Origin: Coraliomargarita sp.
GTDB taxonomy: Bacteria; Verrucomicrobiota; Verrucomicrobiia; Opitutales; Coraliomargaritaceae
Direction of reading: 5' to 3'
NCBI GenBank assembly: GCA_965216325.1
Contig: OZ244160.1
Location: forward strand, 832,001 to 896,000
Length of the DNA stretch: 64,000 nucleotides
Positions 55,968 through 64,000 of this stretch are shown here, piece by piece. Both the position numbers and the translations under genes were made by a program. The notes under the pieces were generated by a model, which worked only from the letters and a program-made list of their open reading frames with translations, was not told the DNA's origin and made no database searches. Each line of letters begins with the position of its first letter. The first letter of the stretch is position 1.

Positions 55968-56894
55968 TCATGGTTGGAGTGCCCATTCGATAATTCGATA
56001 GATCGGGGCGAACTGCAGAATCTCGTTGTGTTCGCCGCGAATTGCGACCCGGTAGCCGAAGTGCGGCGTGTCATAAGCGACGACGCCAAACTGTTCATCG
56101 ACACAGGACATCCATTCGGAGAAGGGAATGGCGGAGGAGAGTTCAATAAAGCCGATGCCGCCCGAGTCGGTCATGGAGCCGGCTTTGGCGAGGCTGGGTG
56201 TTTCATCCGCATTGATATCGACGGCACCAATGACGCCCCAGTCTTTATAGCCTCGTTCGATCTTGCTTAGCCAGTCGGCGTTGAGCTGGACGATGAAGTC
56301 GCTGCCTTTGCGCAGATCTTTGAGTTGGCCGACGATGGACACGGAAGTCTTCACGCCTTCGTTGGGGGCAGCGACCGTGACGATCTTATGCACGGAGTTC
56401 CAGCAGGTTTCGTCGAGCGACATGTAGGCGCGTGCCACCAGCCCGCCCATGCTGTGGCTGATGAGAACTACCTTTTCGCTGCCGCTGATATTTTTGACGA
56501 CAGTGATGATCTCGCGCAGTCGCTCGGCATAGGTGCTGAGGTTGCCTTGGAAGGCTTCTTTAACTGGTGTGTCGTGGTAGTAGGAAACGTTCCAGATCCA
56601 GTTGGTGGTCGTCGGAGGAATGCCGTTGTAATTGTTGAACAGCTCCCCGTCGTTGTTGAAGCGCATGCTGAAGTGCGTGCCACCGGAGATATTGGTGACC
56701 GTTTTATCCCAATCGCTGAAGCCTCCCGCGATGCCGTGCACAAAGACGATGGGATACTCAACTGTTTGCTCCTCCGCGAAAACCATCTGCCAGTAGTCCG
56801 TGGAACTAATGTCAGGATTGCGGGGGTCGGCACTCGCGGACGCACAGAGTGCCAGCGTGATGATGAGGCTAAGGATACGTGAGAAATGGTTCAT
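55968..56894 (-). CDS. Secreted alpha/beta hydrolase (lipase/esterase-like)
   Basis: Signal peptide, PIVFVHG, SHSMGGL, APNEG. Confidence 0.85.
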   Translation of the reverse strand: MNHFSRILSLIITLALCASASADPRNPDISSTDYWQMVFAEEQTVEYPIVFVHGIAGGFSDWDKTVTNISGGTHFSMRFNNDGELFNNYNGIPPTTTNWIWNVSYYHDTPVKEAFQGNLSTYAERLREIITVVKNISGSEKVVLISHSMGGLVARAYMSLDETCWNSVHKIVTVAAPNEGVKTSVSIVGQLKDLRKGSDFIVQLNADWLSKIERGYKDWGVIGAVDINADETPSLAKAGSMTDSGGIGFIELSSAIPFSEWMSCVDEQFGVVAYDTPHFGYRVAIRGEHNEILQFAPIYRIIEWALQP

Positions 56895-56915
56895 GGAGAG
56901 CTACCTAAGAATTCC

Positions 56916-56990
56916 GTAGGGGCTCTGCTTGCGAAGCCCGCAGTCGGGAATGCGACTCTGATGGGCGGGCTCCGCAAGCAGAGCCCCTAC
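56916..56990. repeat. GTAG REP doublet
   Basis: GTAGGGGCTCTGCTTGCGAAGCCCGC...GCGGGCTCCGCAAGCAGAGCCCCTAC. Confidence 0.88.
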
Positions 56991-57026
56991 GTTTAGGTCT
57001 AGAGTATGCCAATGAAGAAGCAAGTT

Positions 57027-57740
57027 CTAGCGTTTATTCAGCCAGTCCGCAGATTGAAAGCGTTCGCGCTCATGTTGGATGCGTGGGCCATCGAAGAGGG
57101 CGCGGAGGTCGTCGCTGTGACCAACCTGAATGTTCAATGCGTTTGCGAGTTGATCCGGAAGCTCTGTGCCGAAGCGGTTGAAATCAAAGGCGTCGGGCAG
57201 TGCGGCACGGTCAATTGAGCCCTGAATGAGCAGACCGGCACGGGTGCGTTTCATCGCGGCTCCGGCGATCTTCATACCGTCGATGTTGAGCACATCGTTG
57301 GCGACCGGTTGAACGAAGCATTGTTCGGGGCCTTCGATGGCCGGGGGGAGTTCACCGCATGCTTTGGGGCAGGGCGCCAGTTGGCTTTCAACCTGTTGCA
57401 GAGTGAGTGTTGTTTGGATTGCTGTGTGTAGCTTCAGGTAGAGATCAATCGCGGGTTCGGCTGCGATGGGCACTTCGGCGTTAATCACCAGCGTATAGGT
57501 CCAGTCGTTGCGGTGATCGACAATGCCGCCTCCGGTGAGGCGGCGGCAGAGCGTCAGATCCGCATCGACGGTGTTTCGAACTTCCTCGATGTGCTGCGTG
57601 TAGCCAAAGGTAATAGCTGGTTCACTCCAGCCGTAGTGGCGTAAGACGGCGATGCCTGAGGGAGTCGAATCGAGCAGACTTGCATCGATTGCCATGTTAG
57701 TGGCGGCGTCGCCGTAGGCATTGGGAAGCGTGAGGAGCAT
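57027..57740 (-). CDS. Lipoate-protein ligase family (LipM/LplA-like catalytic domain)
   Basis: NMAID, RHYGW, RRLTGGGIVDH, KIAGAA, QGSI. Confidence 0.85.
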   Translation of the reverse strand: MLLTLPNAYGDAATNMAIDASLLDSTPSGIAVLRHYGWSEPAITFGYTQHIEEVRNTVDADLTLCRRLTGGGIVDHRNDWTYTLVINAEVPIAAEPAIDLYLKLHTAIQTTLTLQQVESQLAPCPKACGELPPAIEGPEQCFVQPVANDVLNIDGMKIAGAAMKRTRAGLLIQGSIDRAALPDAFDFNRFGTELPDQLANALNIQVGHSDDLRALFDGPRIQHERERFQSADWLNKR

Positions 57741-57794
57741 GGGGACGTTGAAGTTTCGTGCGCAATTCTACTTCGCTTAATTTCGATTTCATCA

Positions 57795-57883
57795 GGTAGC
57801 GCAGCACCGTCCTCGGTGCGCACTAGGTTGTGCCAGTTGTATTTAGTGGCTTAAATGCGGTGCGAGGACGCACCTACGCTACC
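57795..57883. repeat. GGTAG-ended REP-like doublet
   Basis: GGTAGCGCAGCACCGTCCTCGGTGCGC...GCGGTGCGAGGACGCACCTACGCTACC. Confidence 0.7.
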
Positions 57884-57900
57884 AATATAACGAAGTCGAT

Positions 57901-58806
57901 TCATCCGCGCAGCGGTTCGATGTGGGTGAGTTCGTCGAGTTGTTGCTCGAAATTAATCGGCTGGGCCTTCAGCTTGCCGACGATGGGATCGAGGTTGAAG
58001 GTCAGGTTGCTTGGGCGGTTGGCGAAGTCCGGATCGTCACTCTTGCATACCGATTCGATACTGTCGAGTGGCAGGCCGAAATGCTGGAGGATGCGCTGGC
58101 CCATTTCGAAGCGGCTGACGGTTTCGCTGCCGGCCCAGTGAAAGATGCCGTGGAGGTCGCGACGCTCGCTGAGTTCCAACAGGACTTCGGCGACGTTGCC
58201 CACAGTGGTGGGTTGACGATATTCATCGCAGAAGAGTTTTAACTTCTCGCCGGCTTTGATGGCGGCGATCAATTTCTCATGCGGGCTACGCTGTCCGCTA
58301 GGGCTGCGGCCCATGAGGATCGGGATACGCAATACGACGGGATCTTCGGTGTTGTGTTCCAAGACTTCGCGCTCGGCCATGAGTTTGGTTTGGCCATAGA
58401 GATTGGTGGGGCAGGGCATGTCGGTGGAGCGATACGGCTCCTCGCTGTGTCCATCGAAGACCATGTCGGTTGAAACATGCAGAAAGCGTGCTCCCAGGTG
58501 TGTGGAAATTTGTGCTAAGTGGCGGGGCAGTGCGACGTTGATCTTCTCGGCGAGCTCCGGGTTGGCGTCGACTGTTGCTGGATTGGAGAGCGCGGCACAG
58601 TTGACGATGACGTCCGGCCAAATTTCGAGGCAGAGCGAGGTGATGCGGTCGAGTTCGGTGCCGTCGATCAGTTCGGTGCGTGCAACACCCTGCGCGACAA
58701 CGGGATTGGATTTTGACAGGGCGATGACCTCGTGGCCACGGCGCACAGCGGCTTCGGCGTAGGCATTGCCGAGAAAACCAGAGGCTCCAGTGAGTAGAAT
58801 TTTCAT
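57901..58806 (-). CDS. RmlD-like extended SDR (dTDP-4-dehydrorhamnose reductase family)
   Basis: TGASGFLG, NCAA, STDMVFDG, YGQTK; ATG at 58806. Confidence 0.85.
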   Translation of the reverse strand: MKILLTGASGFLGNAYAEAAVRRGHEVIALSKSNPVVAQGVARTELIDGTELDRITSLCLEIWPDVIVNCAALSNPATVDANPELAEKINVALPRHLAQISTHLGARFLHVSTDMVFDGHSEEPYRSTDMPCPTNLYGQTKLMAEREVLEHNTEDPVVLRIPILMGRSPSGQRSPHEKLIAAIKAGEKLKLFCDEYRQPTTVGNVAEVLLELSERRDLHGIFHWAGSETVSRFEMGQRILQHFGLPLDSIESVCKSDDPDFANRPSNLTFNLDPIVGKLKAQPINFEQQLDELTHIEPLRG

Positions 58807-58983
58807 AAATTTGGGAAACAGAGTTTTGTTGCAATCGCCCCTGTGCGAGGCAAGTTCAAAGCCAATCATGGAAGCAGTCAGAAGTCAGAAGACAGACGAC
58901 CGGAGTGCAACTGATGCTGTGAACGGCCGACGCGTTGTCGGCTAATTGCTAATGATGCGCGCCTAGTATCTTTCATCCCATCA

Positions 58984-60090
58984 ATGAACTACGCTGAACT
59001 TGCGAACTCTGGAGTGCTGGAGCAACCAGTCTACGAACCCGGAAAGCCGATTGAATATGTGGCTCGGGAATACGGCCTCGATCCCGATGCAATTGCCAAA
59101 CTGGCATCGAACGAAAACCCGTTTGGGCCTTCACCGAAAGCCGTGGCAGCAGGCACAGAAGCCCTGAAGCATGCGCAACTGTATCCAGACGGAGGCTGCC
59201 ATGATTTGCGTCAGGCGATTGCGAAGGAGCGCGGTATCGCGGAAGATGCGATTCTGATCGGCAATGGGTCGAACGAGCTGATCGAGCTGCTGGGACATGC
59301 CTTTTTGCGTCCTGGCGTGGAAGTGGTGATGGGCTCGCAGGCCTTCATCGTCTACAAGTTGGTAACGAAGCTGTTCGGCGCGACACCGGTGGAGGTGCCG
59401 ATGCAAGAATTTGGCCACGATCTGAAGGCGATGGCTGCTGCCGTGACCGATCAGACGCGTTTGGTATTTGTCGCTAGCCCGAATAACCCAACGGGTATCG
59501 CGAATACTGAAGCGGATCTGCTGGAGCTGGCGAACTCATTACCGGAGCACGTCATTCTTTGCTTGGACGAAGCCTATGCGGAGTATGTGGAGCAGGCACC
59601 GGATTTGCGCGCTGCGATTGCGGCAGGTCGCAAGGTTATCTGCATGCGGACATTCTCAAAGATCTATGGCCTCGGTGGCCTTCGCGTAGGCTATGCCTAT
59701 GGCGACCCTGAGTTGATTGCGCTCCTACACCGTGTGCGCCAACCCTTTAACGTGAATGCGGTAGCTCAGGCGGCGGCGACGGCAGCGATTACTGATCATG
59801 AGTTCGTGGCGATGTGCCGCCGCGAGAATGAGGCCGGACGCAAGCAGCTCTGTGAAGGGCTCGCGGAACTGGGTATCGAAACCTATGGCGGCGAGGCGAA
59901 CTTCGTGCTGAGCCGTGTCGGCGATGGCGTTGGTATTTTCGAGGCGCTCCAGTCTCGTGGTGTGATTGTGCGTCCCTTGGCTCCGTATGGCATGGCCGAC
60001 TTCGTGCGCATTACGATTGGCACCGCTGAGGAAAATGCGCGTCTGCTGAGCTTGATGAGTGAGTTGGTAGTGGAAGGAGGCCGTGCTTAG
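58984..60090 (+). CDS. hisC: Histidinol-phosphate aminotransferase
   Basis: KLASNENP, GNGSNE, PNNPTG, DEAY, RTFSKIYGL. Confidence 0.94.
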   Translation: MNYAELANSGVLEQPVYEPGKPIEYVAREYGLDPDAIAKLASNENPFGPSPKAVAAGTEALKHAQLYPDGGCHDLRQAIAKERGIAEDAILIGNGSNELIELLGHAFLRPGVEVVMGSQAFIVYKLVTKLFGATPVEVPMQEFGHDLKAMAAAVTDQTRLVFVASPNNPTGIANTEADLLELANSLPEHVILCLDEAYAEYVEQAPDLRAAIAAGRKVICMRTFSKIYGLGGLRVGYAYGDPELIALLHRVRQPFNVNAVAQAAATAAITDHEFVAMCRRENEAGRKQLCEGLAELGIETYGGEANFVLSRVGDGVGIFEALQSRGVIVRPLAPYGMADFVRITIGTAEENARLLSLMSELVVEGGRA

Positions 60091-60097
60091 GCCAGTA

Positions 60098-61393
60098 ATG
60101 AATCCTGCTCTAATTACACTTCTAATCTCTCTCTTCTCAGTCATTGTGGTGCTCTTGCTCCACGCGTATCTGGTGATGGCTGAAATCAGTCTCGTCAAAA
60201 TCCGCTATGGCGAGGTGAGCGATGACGCCATTGATCAGCTGAAGACGCGCAAGGGCATTGCGCGTTTGATGGACGAGAGTGACATGACGGGGCGTCTCGT
60301 GCGCTTTAGTAAAACGCTGTGCACGGTTGGGGTTGGCTTGTTCTTGATTCCGCTGGTGTGGGATGCTTTTGCCTTGATCGGGCCGGAGCTCGCTCCTGAG
60401 CGGTGGTTGATTGTGGCGATTGCGTTTAGTTTTGCGGTGCTGGTACACTTCTTCTTTGCGGAAATTTTCCCGCGTGGCCTCGCGATGCGCGATCCGGTCT
60501 TGGGGATTCAGCGATCCTACCGAGTCTTGTGGGCTTTTCATATTTTGACCTATCCGGCGATGTGGTTTTTCCGCCGGGTCAAGGAGGCGCTCTATCGCCG
60601 CTTGGGCGTCGATGTCGACGATGAGCTCAATCCATTGGATGTGGATGTGCAGATTCGGGCAATGGGCGAGGAGACCTTTAACATGTCCCCAGTGGTCAAG
60701 AAGATCGTGGATCGCACGATACAGATGCAGGACTTGGTGGTCAGTGATGTGCTGCTACCACGCAATCAGGTGGTGTATTGCGATCTGGAAGCTGATTTTA
60801 AGGATAATCTGGAGCGTATGAAGACTGCAGGTCATACACGTTATCCGCTGTGTCGTGGTAGCTTGGATGACTGTGTTGGTATCCTGCATATTAAGGATAT
60901 TTTCCGCTTGAGGGAGAAGGTGGCTACGATCGACCCGAAGGATTTGAAGCGCACAATTGCGGTGTTCGAGATCGAAACGCCTCTCGAGGAAGTGCTGCAG
61001 CGCATGCTTCGCGCGAAGTTCCACATGGCCCTGGTGAAGGACGACTTTGGCGGAATCGTTGGTGTGGTGACACTCGAAAGCATTCTTGAGGAACTTGTCG
61101 GTGATATTCAGGACGAGTTTGATAGCGAAGAAGAGCAGGTGGTTGCCTTACGTGAACCGGATACTTTCCGGATTACTGGACTCACTCCGATCCACGATAT
61201 TGAAGAGAAGCTCGACATCGAAATCGATAACGACGAAGTCTCCACCATCGGTGGTCTGGTGACTGGTGAACTCGGACGTATCCCGCGCAAGGGAGAATCG
61301 CTGACTGCTTATGGTATGCGCATCACGGTCATCGAGGTGGATGAGCGCCGAGTCATCTCGGTTCGCGTTAAGAAGGAGACGGACGATCGCTAG
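60098..61393 (+). CDS. Hemolysin family CNNM/CBS/CorC_HlyC protein
   Basis: AEISLV, EIFPR, HTRYPL, DDFGG, ILEELVGDIQDE. Confidence 0.9.
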   Translation: MNPALITLLISLFSVIVVLLLHAYLVMAEISLVKIRYGEVSDDAIDQLKTRKGIARLMDESDMTGRLVRFSKTLCTVGVGLFLIPLVWDAFALIGPELAPERWLIVAIAFSFAVLVHFFFAEIFPRGLAMRDPVLGIQRSYRVLWAFHILTYPAMWFFRRVKEALYRRLGVDVDDELNPLDVDVQIRAMGEETFNMSPVVKKIVDRTIQMQDLVVSDVLLPRNQVVYCDLEADFKDNLERMKTAGHTRYPLCRGSLDDCVGILHIKDIFRLREKVATIDPKDLKRTIAVFEIETPLEEVLQRMLRAKFHMALVKDDFGGIVGVVTLESILEELVGDIQDEFDSEEEQVVALREPDTFRITGLTPIHDIEEKLDIEIDNDEVSTIGGLVTGELGRIPRKGESLTAYGMRITVIEVDERRVISVRVKKETDDR

Positions 61394-62274
61394 TCCCAGC
61401 AGTGACTAGAGCCGACAGGCCTGAAGACGACGTTATAGCCGAGAGTCTTGCCAGTTCGGATGTCTACGATCTGACATTGGGCGTAGTTATCACCCTGATT
61501 ACGCTCAGCCTGCATCTTTAGATAATGATTGGCGACTAGCGCGGCTTCCTCTGCGTAGCTGATTCGTCCTTGCTGCTTCTTCCAGTGGAAAATCAATTTC
61601 TCTGGGCCAATCTCAATTTTGCAGTCTCCGTAATTCAGCAAGCACCAGCGCTCAAGTTCCTTAAGAAATTCTTCGTCGCTCATTGTATTCGTTCCTGCTG
61701 TCCTTGAAGAATGAATTGAATCAAGACCGGTCAGGATGTAGTTTGCTGCATGAGTGGATTCAAACCATGCGGCCAGATTTGTCTTTGAAACAGGGATCGA
61801 GAGCTGCTGGCCGCCAACTTTACCAATGATATTGGCAGGCGCTTCCAAGCCGCTAACCTGTATACTCTGCCCTTGGGTAAAGGTAATTTCTCCAAAAGTT
61901 TCGCCGTTATATACAATCTCCAACTCGATTTGTCCGGTTAGTTCCAGTTGTCGAGGCCAGAGCTCTTGTTTTTCTGTGAGCTCGGCAAATTGAATTTGGA
62001 CCGGATCGGGGATGATCGGCTCTGGCTCTGGCGCTGGTGCCATCACGATTGGCTCAGGCTCAGGCTCTGGAGCTACAACGATTGGTTCTGGAGTCGGTGC
62101 AGGCTCTTCAACGGGCGCCTGTTGGCTCTGGATGTAAAGATAGGCGCCTAGGCCGCCGACAAGCAGCAAAGTAATCAATACCGGCACCGCCGGCGATTGC
62201 TTCTTGGCTTTCGCGCTTGGTTTTTTTGTCGGAACTGCAGGTTCGGGTTGCTTGGGTTGCGTGTCTTCGGACAT
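61390..62274 (-). CDS. Hypothetical membrane-anchored protein with Pro/Glu-rich linker
   Basis: One TM segment followed by PEPEPEP repeats. Confidence 0.7.
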   Translation of the reverse strand: MSEDTQPKQPEPAVPTKKPSAKAKKQSPAVPVLITLLLVGGLGAYLYIQSQQAPVEEPAPTPEPIVVAPEPEPEPIVMAPAPEPEPIIPDPVQIQFAELTEKQELWPRQLELTGQIELEIVYNGETFGEITFTQGQSIQVSGLEAPANIIGKVGGQQLSIPVSKTNLAAWFESTHAANYILTGLDSIHSSRTAGTNTMSDEEFLKELERWCLLNYGDCKIEIGPEKLIFHWKKQQGRISYAEEAALVANHYLKMQAERNQGDNYAQCQIVDIRTGKTLGYNVVFRPVGSSHCWD

Positions 62275-62387
62275 GAGGAATATAGGATTGGTCCGAATGA
62301 ACTTGGTTCCACTTCAATTTAGGGCAAGCAAATCAAACGCCTGACTTTGTAAGAAAGGCGTTAATTTTATTCTGCTAATGGACTGGA

Positions 62388-62822
62388 TTAATCCAATGCT
62401 GCCAAATGTCTCAGGGCGGCGATATAGCCATCAAAGCCGAGTCCAGAGATGACTCCAATACAGGCTTCGGCAGTCATCGAATGTTGGCGAATGGGCTCGC
62501 GACTGTAGATGTTGCTAATGTGCACCTCAATGGTGGGCAGGTCGCTGCCAGCAATTGCATCTCGCAGGGCCAGACTCGTGTGGGTCAAGGCGCCCGGGTT
62601 GATGATCAGTCCAAAAACCTCTCCATCCGCATATTCGCCGATTTCGTCGATAATCAGCCCTTCGTGGTTAGACTGGTAAAAATCGACTGCCACGCCAAGC
62701 ACTTCAGCTTCCTCGGTCAGCAGGTTCTGGAGGTCGGTGAGCGTTTGATCGCCGTATATCGAAGGTTCGCGCTTACCGAGGCGGTCGAGATTCGGGCCGT
62801 TGAGGATGACGATGCGTTTCAT
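62388..62822 (-). CDS. aroQ: Type II 3-dehydroquinate dehydratase
   Basis: NGPNLDRLGKREP, QSNHEG, NPGALTH, EVHISN. Confidence 0.96.
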   Translation of the reverse strand: MKRIVILNGPNLDRLGKREPSIYGDQTLTDLQNLLTEEAEVLGVAVDFYQSNHEGLIIDEIGEYADGEVFGLIINPGALTHTSLALRDAIAGSDLPTIEVHISNIYSREPIRQHSMTAEACIGVISGLGFDGYIAALRHLAALD

Positions 62823-62875
62823 TTGAAAGAATTAAGGAGTAAGATTTTAATTTTAGGAATACTAAAATGCGGTGA

Positions 62876-63634
62876 TTAAATCAGGCAGGGTTGTTCGATG
62901 AAGGTCCACTCCAGCCCGAACTTTTCGGCCACCTCAGCCGCAAGTGCTTTGACGCCAAACACCTCGGTGGCGTAGTGGCCACAAGGGTAGAGGTTCAGTT
63001 CGAGCTCTTGGGCCATATTGAAATGGTGCTGGCGAAGTTCGCCGGTGATCAGGGTGTCGATGCCGTTGGCCTTGAGGTGAGGCACGGCGCTTTGACCGCT
63101 ACCGGTGAGGATTGCAATGCGCTTCGGCTGCTCGCTGCCGTATTCGATTGCTTGATAGGTGGCTGGAAATAGCTGCTGCAGCTTCTTGGCGAGTTCGGCG
63201 CGGCCTCCAGAGGGGCCTTCGGCGATGACTGCCATATTATTACCTTCGTAGCTGAGGAAGGTGTCGACTTTGTTCAGACCGAGTGCATCGGCCAGCAGGG
63301 CATTATTGCCGATCTCAGGGTGGCAGTCGAGCGGTAGGTGTGAGCCGTAGACTGCCAGATTGCCGTCGAGCGCAGTCTTGATTTTGGCATAATCGCTGCC
63401 GACTAGCGGGATGGGCTTGGTCCAAAACAGCCCGTGGTGGCAGATGATCAAATCGACGCCTGCGGCGACGGCCTGCTGGAAGGGGAGCGTGCCGGCGTCG
63501 ACTGCAGCGGCAATTTTACTGACTTCGCCGTTGTTCTCGACCTGTAGGCCGTTGTAGGCACCGTCGAAGTCTTTGACCTCCGACCGGCGAGTGCGTTCAT
63601 CACAGTAGGCGACAATGTCGGCAAGCTTGGGCAT
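62876..63634 (-). CDS. Nif3-like dinuclear metal centre protein
   Basis: NGLQV, HHGLFW, HLPLD, GNN, GHYATE. Confidence 0.92.
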   Translation of the reverse strand: MPKLADIVAYCDERTRRSEVKDFDGAYNGLQVENNGEVSKIAAAVDAGTLPFQQAVAAGVDLIICHHGLFWTKPIPLVGSDYAKIKTALDGNLAVYGSHLPLDCHPEIGNNALLADALGLNKVDTFLSYEGNNMAVIAEGPSGGRAELAKKLQQLFPATYQAIEYGSEQPKRIAILTGSGQSAVPHLKANGIDTLITGELRQHHFNMAQELELNLYPCGHYATEVFGVKALAAEVAEKFGLEWTFIEQPCLI

Positions 63635-63718
63635 GAGTGCACAGTGTAGGTGGAATCCGGCTCTGTGAAGCGAATATTTTTGTTGATTCTGGCGTAGGAC
63701 TGCAAACTTTCTGCCTCA

Positions 63719-64000
63719 ATGTCTGATTATGATACACGGTTCAGCGCGCTTGGGCGCTTATATGGCACGGAGGGCTTAAGTCGCCTGAAGGGCGCGCATG
63801 TTGCTGTCATTGGGTTGGGCGGCGTTGGCTCATGGGTGGTCGAGGCTTTGGCTCGCTCGGGAATCGGCAAACTGACGCTGATCGACATGGATGAGGTGTG
63901 CCTGAGCAATGTGAATCGCCAAATCCATGCGGTGAATGCCACCGTTGGGCGCTCAAAGGCAGAAGTGCTCGCCGAGCGTATCGCGACAATCGCACCCGAG
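63719..64000 (+). CDS. tcdA: ThiF family tRNA threonylcarbamoyladenosine dehydratase, partial
   Basis: Read by hand: MSDYDTRFSALGRLYG...VAVIGLGGVGSWVVEALARSGIGKLTLIDMDEVCLSNVNRQIHA. Confidence 0.88.
   Translation, partial: MSDYDTRFSALGRLYGTEGLSRLKGAHVAVIGLGGVGSWVVEALARSGIGKLTLIDMDEVCLSNVNRQIHAVNATVGRSKAEVLAERIATIAPE

Noticed and set aside
62021..62110. Tandem GGCTC(A/T) repeats as another repeat element
   Set aside because: Explained by the Pro-Glu linker of the encoded protein; not palindromic.

Overview
Core-chromosome window of a bacterium; the gene set and repeat style suggest Verrucomicrobia (Opitutae-like), which is inference. It holds mostly housekeeping genes: uvrD (partial), isochorismate synthase, tRNA-Arg(ACG), hpf, hrpA, rpmB, tsaD, clpP, rpiB, rpmG, vapBC, cysS, argCJBDF, rplM-rpsI, rpoZ-smpB, aas/marR, dnaA with no adjacent dnaN, DUF58-transglutaminase, tsaE-thiL-xth-mnmA, a GH13 pullulanase, an exosortase, dnaE, cbiA, hisC, aroQ, Nif3 and tcdA (partial). 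The most unusual signal is non-coding. Many intergenic gaps are filled by palindromic elements of two kinds: GTAG/GGAG-ended REP doublets, and long hairpins whose arms are degenerate 6-, 7- or 9-bp tandem repeats. They occupy every junction of the arg operon, overlap several stop codons, and two copies lie in frame inside proteins (a 96-bp heptamer palindrome in hrpA and a REP in cbiA). Also notable are an exact 50-bp duplication of the tRNA 3' end plus terminator, a run of seven tiny orphan genes resembling an attC-less cassette array, and a degenerate NtrC-like protein. I recognised no transposase, integrase, CRISPR array or intein. All calls are by eye from motifs; no searches were run.
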